Origin: Dehalococcoidia bacterium
Lineage (GTDB): Bacteria > Chloroflexota > Dehalococcoidia > Bin125
Assembly (NCBI GenBank): GCA_963555985.3
Contig: OY820591.1
Coordinates: forward strand, 2,016,001 to 2,080,000
Direction: 5' to 3'
DNA length: 64,000 nucleotides
In this document: piece by piece, positions 60,068 to 64,000 of the stretch
How the letters are laid out: each line of letters starts with the position of its first letter
Position numbering within the stretch: the stretch's first letter is position 1
Made by a program: the position numbers and the translations under genes
Notes under the pieces: model-generated
Database searches by the model: none
What the model saw: only the letters and a program-made list of their open reading frames with translations
Told to the model about the DNA's origin: nothing

Positions 60068-60439
60068 TTAGTCCACAACATCCGCCGTCTCCGGCAGGTC
60101 GCCAAGCTCGAGGGCGTCCAGTTCTTCGTCCGACAACTCCGGCACGCGCGAGATCTCCAGCGCGCCGAACTCGTCCTGCGCCAGCGCGAGATCGTGGTCC
60201 ATCTGCATCCCGAGCCAGACTTCCGGGGAACTGCCGAACGCCTTCGCCAACCGCACCGCCCATTCGGCGGTGATTGGAGCGCGCTCGTAGCAGATGTCGG
60301 CGAGCGCGTTGGCTTCCACGCCAAGATGTTCGGCCGCCCTCTCGATCGACATGCCGGTACCCGGCAGACAGAACTCCAGCACTGTGCCGCCTGGATGCGG
60401 GGGATAGCGCAGGGTCATGGCAAGCCTCACCGCCCTCAT
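60068..60439 (-). CDS. higA: HigA family antitoxin (HTH)
   Basis: PPHPG, ITAEWAVRLAKAFGSSPEVWLGMQ; ATGA overlap with higB; alternative start at 60418. Confidence 0.9.
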   Translation of the reverse strand: MRAVRLAMTLRYPPHPGGTVLEFCLPGTGMSIERAAEHLGVEANALADICYERAPITAEWAVRLAKAFGSSPEVWLGMQMDHDLALAQDEFGALEISRVPELSDEELDALELGDLPETADVVD

Positions 60440-60720
60440 CGTCCGTGGTAGTCCACGTAGTCGATGTCGTAGAGGATATCGCCTTCAACGCGGAAGATGA
60501 TCCGCCAGTTCGCGCTCACTCGGATTGACCACCATCCGGCGCGGTCGCCAGACAACTGGTGCAGCCGATAGCCCGACACCCGCAAATCCTCAAGGCGCTT
60601 GGCTCGGCTCATTCGCGCGAGGATTGCGGCAAGCTTCTTCGCGTATCGCGGATCTACGCGGCTGAAGTCACGCTGTTCATGCAGCAACCTGAGCGCCCGC
60701 GAGCGAAACAGCAACTCCAC
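60436..60720 (-). CDS. higB: HigB (RelE-family) toxin
   Basis: RLHQLSGDRAGWWSIRVSANWRIIF..VDYH. Confidence 0.92.
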   Translation of the reverse strand: MELLFRSRALRLLHEQRDFSRVDPRYAKKLAAILARMSRAKRLEDLRVSGYRLHQLSGDRAGWWSIRVSANWRIIFRVEGDILYDIDYVDYHGR

Positions 60721-60723
60721 CCG

Positions 60724-61563
60724 CTAGAACCGGTCCTGATACGACCTCGCCAGCGACTCCGACGGATCCGCCTGAATCCCCAGCGGCGCGATCGGATAGC
60801 GCAGACCGTTGCGTGAGAGCGCGGCCAGGCCGTCGATCAGCTTGGGCAGATAACGCGGCGGGATCGCCATCAGCAGCTCGTCGTCCTGGACGCCGCCGAA
60901 GCGTCGTTCGGCGAAGCAGGGGATTGAGAGCGACGGCTCGCCCGTGCGCAGCGCCCGGCCCCAGCTATCGGCGCAGGCCGACTCGCCCACCGAGGCGAAC
61001 TCGAACTTCTTGAAGCCCGAGTACTGCAAGCCGTTGATCAGGATGATCATCTGCCCCGGCGTCGCGTAGAGCAGTACCACGTCGGGTGGATCCAGCCGCC
61101 CCGTCGCGATCGGCGAGAGCGCCAGCGCGGCGTAGCGACCGTAGGGCAGGACGTCCATCGCCTGCTGATGCAGGATCGAGTCCTCGTCGGTCTCGAACCA
61201 GACGTTGGTCATCGTCGTGCGCAGCCGCCACTCGCCGTCGTCCTCGTTCGGATGCAGACCGACCGGCGCGCCGCACTGCGCCCCGATCAGGTCGTCCATG
61301 GTCACGCCGAGCGTGAAGTTGAGCCAGCGCGCCTGAGCCACCAACTGATCCAGGGCGTGCTTGAAACGCGGGCGGCGGATGCGCTCAACTTCCTGCATCT
61401 CCTCAATGGTCTCGAACATCTTCATCCCGACCGGCGTCGCGGTCAGGCGCAGATAGCGCTGCAACCCCTCCACGATGGCGGGCCAGTCGTAGCGGTCGGG
61501 TTCGGGCGGGGCGTCGGGGGCGACGCCGACGGCAGCTGCGGTGGTCATGGGGTTCGACTCCAT
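60724..61563 (-). CDS. DUF169 domain protein
   Basis: PVGMK, PDVVLLYATPGQ, SACAD and SIPCFAERRFGG..DDEL motifs. Confidence 0.8.
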   Translation of the reverse strand: MESNPMTTAAAVGVAPDAPPEPDRYDWPAIVEGLQRYLRLTATPVGMKMFETIEEMQEVERIRRPRFKHALDQLVAQARWLNFTLGVTMDDLIGAQCGAPVGLHPNEDDGEWRLRTTMTNVWFETDEDSILHQQAMDVLPYGRYAALALSPIATGRLDPPDVVLLYATPGQMIILINGLQYSGFKKFEFASVGESACADSWGRALRTGEPSLSIPCFAERRFGGVQDDELLMAIPPRYLPKLIDGLAALSRNGLRYPIAPLGIQADPSESLARSYQDRF

Positions 61564-61670
61564 CTCTGCGCTCCAGCGCTCTGATTGGACTAGATCGCAT
61601 GGTACGAGCTCGCCCGCGCCAACCGCCTGCTATGATCCGCTCAACAGAGATGTCCCAAAAGGAGTCAATT

Positions 61671-62939
61671 TTGCACAAAATATCCATAACTCTTCCGTCG
61701 CCCTCGATTGTGACAGCGCTCTCGCTGATTGCCGCCTTCGCCGTGGGCATGGTCGCCTACCACTTCGCCTTCTCCGACGCCAACGCCGACTCGCACGACA
61801 GCGCCGCCGAGGTCCGCGTCGCCACCCGCAGCCTCGACGACGGGCGCGTCGAAGTCGCCGTCCAGCAACGCGTCGCCGACGCCGCCTGGGGCGCGCGCCA
61901 ACTACCTGAGGCCCGCTTCCTGCCCGCCGATGTCGAGCCCGGCGTCTGGCGCGTCAGTTCCGGCGTCCCGATCAGCGCTGCCGATGCCGACGGCAGCTCA
62001 TTGCTCTGCATCGTCGCGCACGGCGCAACCGACGACTTCTTCTGGCGAGTGGTCAAGGGTTGGTCCAGACAGGCGTCGATCGACTCGGGGCTCAACGTCC
62101 GATTTCGGCAGTCGCAGGACGGAGCGCAACAGGCATCGCAGATCGAGCAGTGCAGCGCCGACGGCGCATCCGTGATCGCTTCGACCCTTGCGGATCCGGA
62201 TGCAGTGCGGGATGCACTGCTTGCGGCGAAGGCAGCCGGAGCAAGGATCATCACCTTCAACTCAGGCGCGGAATACGCCGCCTCGGTCGGTTCTGAGCTG
62301 CACATCGCACTCGACGACCAGGCCGCAGGCCGTCTGGTCGGAGAAGTCTTCAATAGCAAAGGCATTTCCGGGGCAATCGGCTGCCTGTTGCACGAGGAGA
62401 ACAACGTCGGTCTGATCACTCGGTGCGAGGCCCTGGCCGCAACCTACACGGGCGGCGACGTGATCAACATTCGGTTGCCTGAAGGCGGCGATCCGGCTGC
62501 GATACAGGCGTCAATCGAGGAACGGCTGCTTGACGCCGACAACGCGCCTCTGGTCGCGCTAGTCGGCTTGAACTCCAACACCCTGACTGCGGCGCTGTAT
62601 GCGATCCTGGGAACGGCCGATCAGTTGGAACAGACCGTACAGCTCACAGCCGTCGGCGGCAGTCTCGATGTGACCAAGATTCCGGCCGAGAAGCGAAGCA
62701 GGCATATCTCCTTCCACGTCAGCGCCGCCCCTGAGGCGCAGGGATACTTGGTCACAGCCGCGTTGCAGATGGTCCACAATCACACCACACCTGCCAGATT
62801 CATCGGATCGCCGACGATTCTGCTCGCCGAACCGCGCGTCCTGGACTTGCAGACGGCCCGGGCCGATCCTCGAGCCGCCAAAGACACTCTGGGCCGTTTG
62901 GCGGAGCGAATCGCATTGGGCGACCAATACGACGAGTAG
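61671..62939 (+). CDS. membrane-anchored sugar-type substrate-binding protein with an extra N-terminal ~55-aa module
   Basis: AAGGAG SD before TTG 61671 (alternative ATG 61650); TM helix; VAHGATDDFFWRVV, ITFNSG and RCEAL motifs (Peripla_BP_4-like). Confidence 0.78.
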   Translation: MHKISITLPSPSIVTALSLIAAFAVGMVAYHFAFSDANADSHDSAAEVRVATRSLDDGRVEVAVQQRVADAAWGARQLPEARFLPADVEPGVWRVSSGVPISAADADGSSLLCIVAHGATDDFFWRVVKGWSRQASIDSGLNVRFRQSQDGAQQASQIEQCSADGASVIASTLADPDAVRDALLAAKAAGARIITFNSGAEYAASVGSELHIALDDQAAGRLVGEVFNSKGISGAIGCLLHEENNVGLITRCEALAATYTGGDVINIRLPEGGDPAAIQASIEERLLDADNAPLVALVGLNSNTLTAALYAILGTADQLEQTVQLTAVGGSLDVTKIPAEKRSRHISFHVSAAPEAQGYLVTAALQMVHNHTTPARFIGSPTILLAEPRVLDLQTARADPRAAKDTLGRLAERIALGDQYDE

Positions 62940-63066
62940 CTCAGGCCTGACCGCAGGCATTCCCAGCTTGCCTGGGAATCTCGCTCCCCCTGATGGCGGG
63001 GACGGCCGCCCGTGCCTCCCGTTCGCTACCTTGCACCAAACACCGCGCCCAACGAAGGACACCACC

Positions 63067-64000
63067 ATGCCCGCACTTGACGGACTTCGCGTCCTCGACA
63101 TGACCCAGTACGAAGCGGGCACGTCCTGCACGCAGGCGCTGGCCTGGCTGGGCGCGGACGTGGTCAAGATCGAACAGCCCGGCCAGGGCGACCCCGGCCG
63201 CGGGGCGCGCGACGACCAACTGGACTCGCCCTACTTCATCGCTTGGAACTCCAACAAACGCTCGGTCGCCATCGACCTGCGCTCCGAGCGGGGTCGCGGC
63301 TTGCTGCTCGAAATGGCTCCCCACTACGACATCTTCGTCGAGAACTACGGTCCCGGCGTGATGGAACGGCTCGGCCTCACCTACGACGTGCTCAAGGCGG
63401 TTCACCCGAGCATCATCTACGCGCGGCTCAAGGGTTTCGGTCTCTCCGGGCCATACTCCGAGTTCAAGTGTTTCGATCCGATCGCGCAGAACGCCGCCGG
63501 CGCATTCTCGACCACGGGCGAAGCCGACGGTCCACCGATGATGCCGAAAGCGGCAGTCGGCGACTCGGGCACGGGGATGCAGCTTGCGTTTGCCATCGCC
63601 GCCGCCTACATCCAAAAACTGCGCACCGGCGAGGGACAGCAGATCGAGATCTCGATGCAGGAGGCGATGACCTACTACATGCGCACCTACGTTTCCCAGA
63701 CCGAGGGGTGGGGCGAAAGTGTCGTGCCGCGCAACGGCAACGGCTTCGGATTCAGCGCCTCAGATCTCTACCCTTGCAAGCCGTTGCCGGGCTCGGACGG
63801 TGCGAACGACTACGTCTACATCATCCTCACAACCTCCCGGATGTGGGACACGCTGTGTACGGCGATGGATCGACCTGAATTGACTGTCGACCCACGCTTC
63901 GCCGAAGACGCAGGCAGGGTTGAGCATCAAGCGGAACTCCAGGAGGAGATCCGCACCTGGACGCTCCAGCACAGCAAGTGGGAGGCGATGGACATCCTGG
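63067..64000 (+). CDS. family III CoA-transferase (formyl-CoA transferase-like; truncated at window edge)
   Basis: Not in the ORF track. Manual translation MPALDGLRVLDMTQYEAGTSCTQALAWLGADVVKIEQPG..NSNKRS..VENYGPG..VGDSGTG. Confidence 0.92.
   Translation, partial: MPALDGLRVLDMTQYEAGTSCTQALAWLGADVVKIEQPGQGDPGRGARDDQLDSPYFIAWNSNKRSVAIDLRSERGRGLLLEMAPHYDIFVENYGPGVMERLGLTYDVLKAVHPSIIYARLKGFGLSGPYSEFKCFDPIAQNAAGAFSTTGEADGPPMMPKAAVGDSGTGMQLAFAIAAAYIQKLRTGEGQQIEISMQEAMTYYMRTYVSQTEGWGESVVPRNGNGFGFSASDLYPCKPLPGSDGANDYVYIILTTSRMWDTLCTAMDRPELTVDPRFAEDAGRVEHQAELQEEIRTWTLQHSKWEAMDIL

Overview
High-GC bacterial chromosomal segment. Gene content (luciferase-like monooxygenase, several family III CoA-transferases, peptidase MA, amidohydrolases, unlinked rRNA genes) suggests Chloroflexota, probably Dehalococcoidia/SAR202-like; this is inference and the 23S could test it. 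Housekeeping genes: nnr, acpS, folD, prfB with its programmed +1 frameshift, hisN, a tyrA-like gene, an aminotransferase, ktrAB, arsC and btuCFD behind a cobalamin riboswitch. Catabolic genes: lutC and a lutB-lutA fusion, thiolase/DUF35, CoA-transferases, AOR plus MoaD, carboxyltransferase, esterases, amidase and an N,N-dimethylformamidase-like pair. RNA genes: tRNA-Phe, tRNA-Glu, tRNA-fMet and a stand-alone 23S with no adjacent 16S or 5S. Defence-like genes: a HEPN protein, a type IIG-like RM enzyme, HigBA and a DUF5678/aspartic protease pair. The most unusual signals are (1) two dispersed copies of a cassette in which a 3-TM Pycsar-effector-like gene overlaps tail-to-tail, codon-in-register, with a small antisense peptide gene that has its own RBS; (2) an intact orphan phage terminase with a coupled small gene and no other phage genes; (3) a repeat-built surface protein with a G10 tract and an N-terminal module that recurs on an unrelated binding protein 60 kb away; and (4) nested REP/MITE elements with IS5/IS1106-like ends beside strong local G/C skew.
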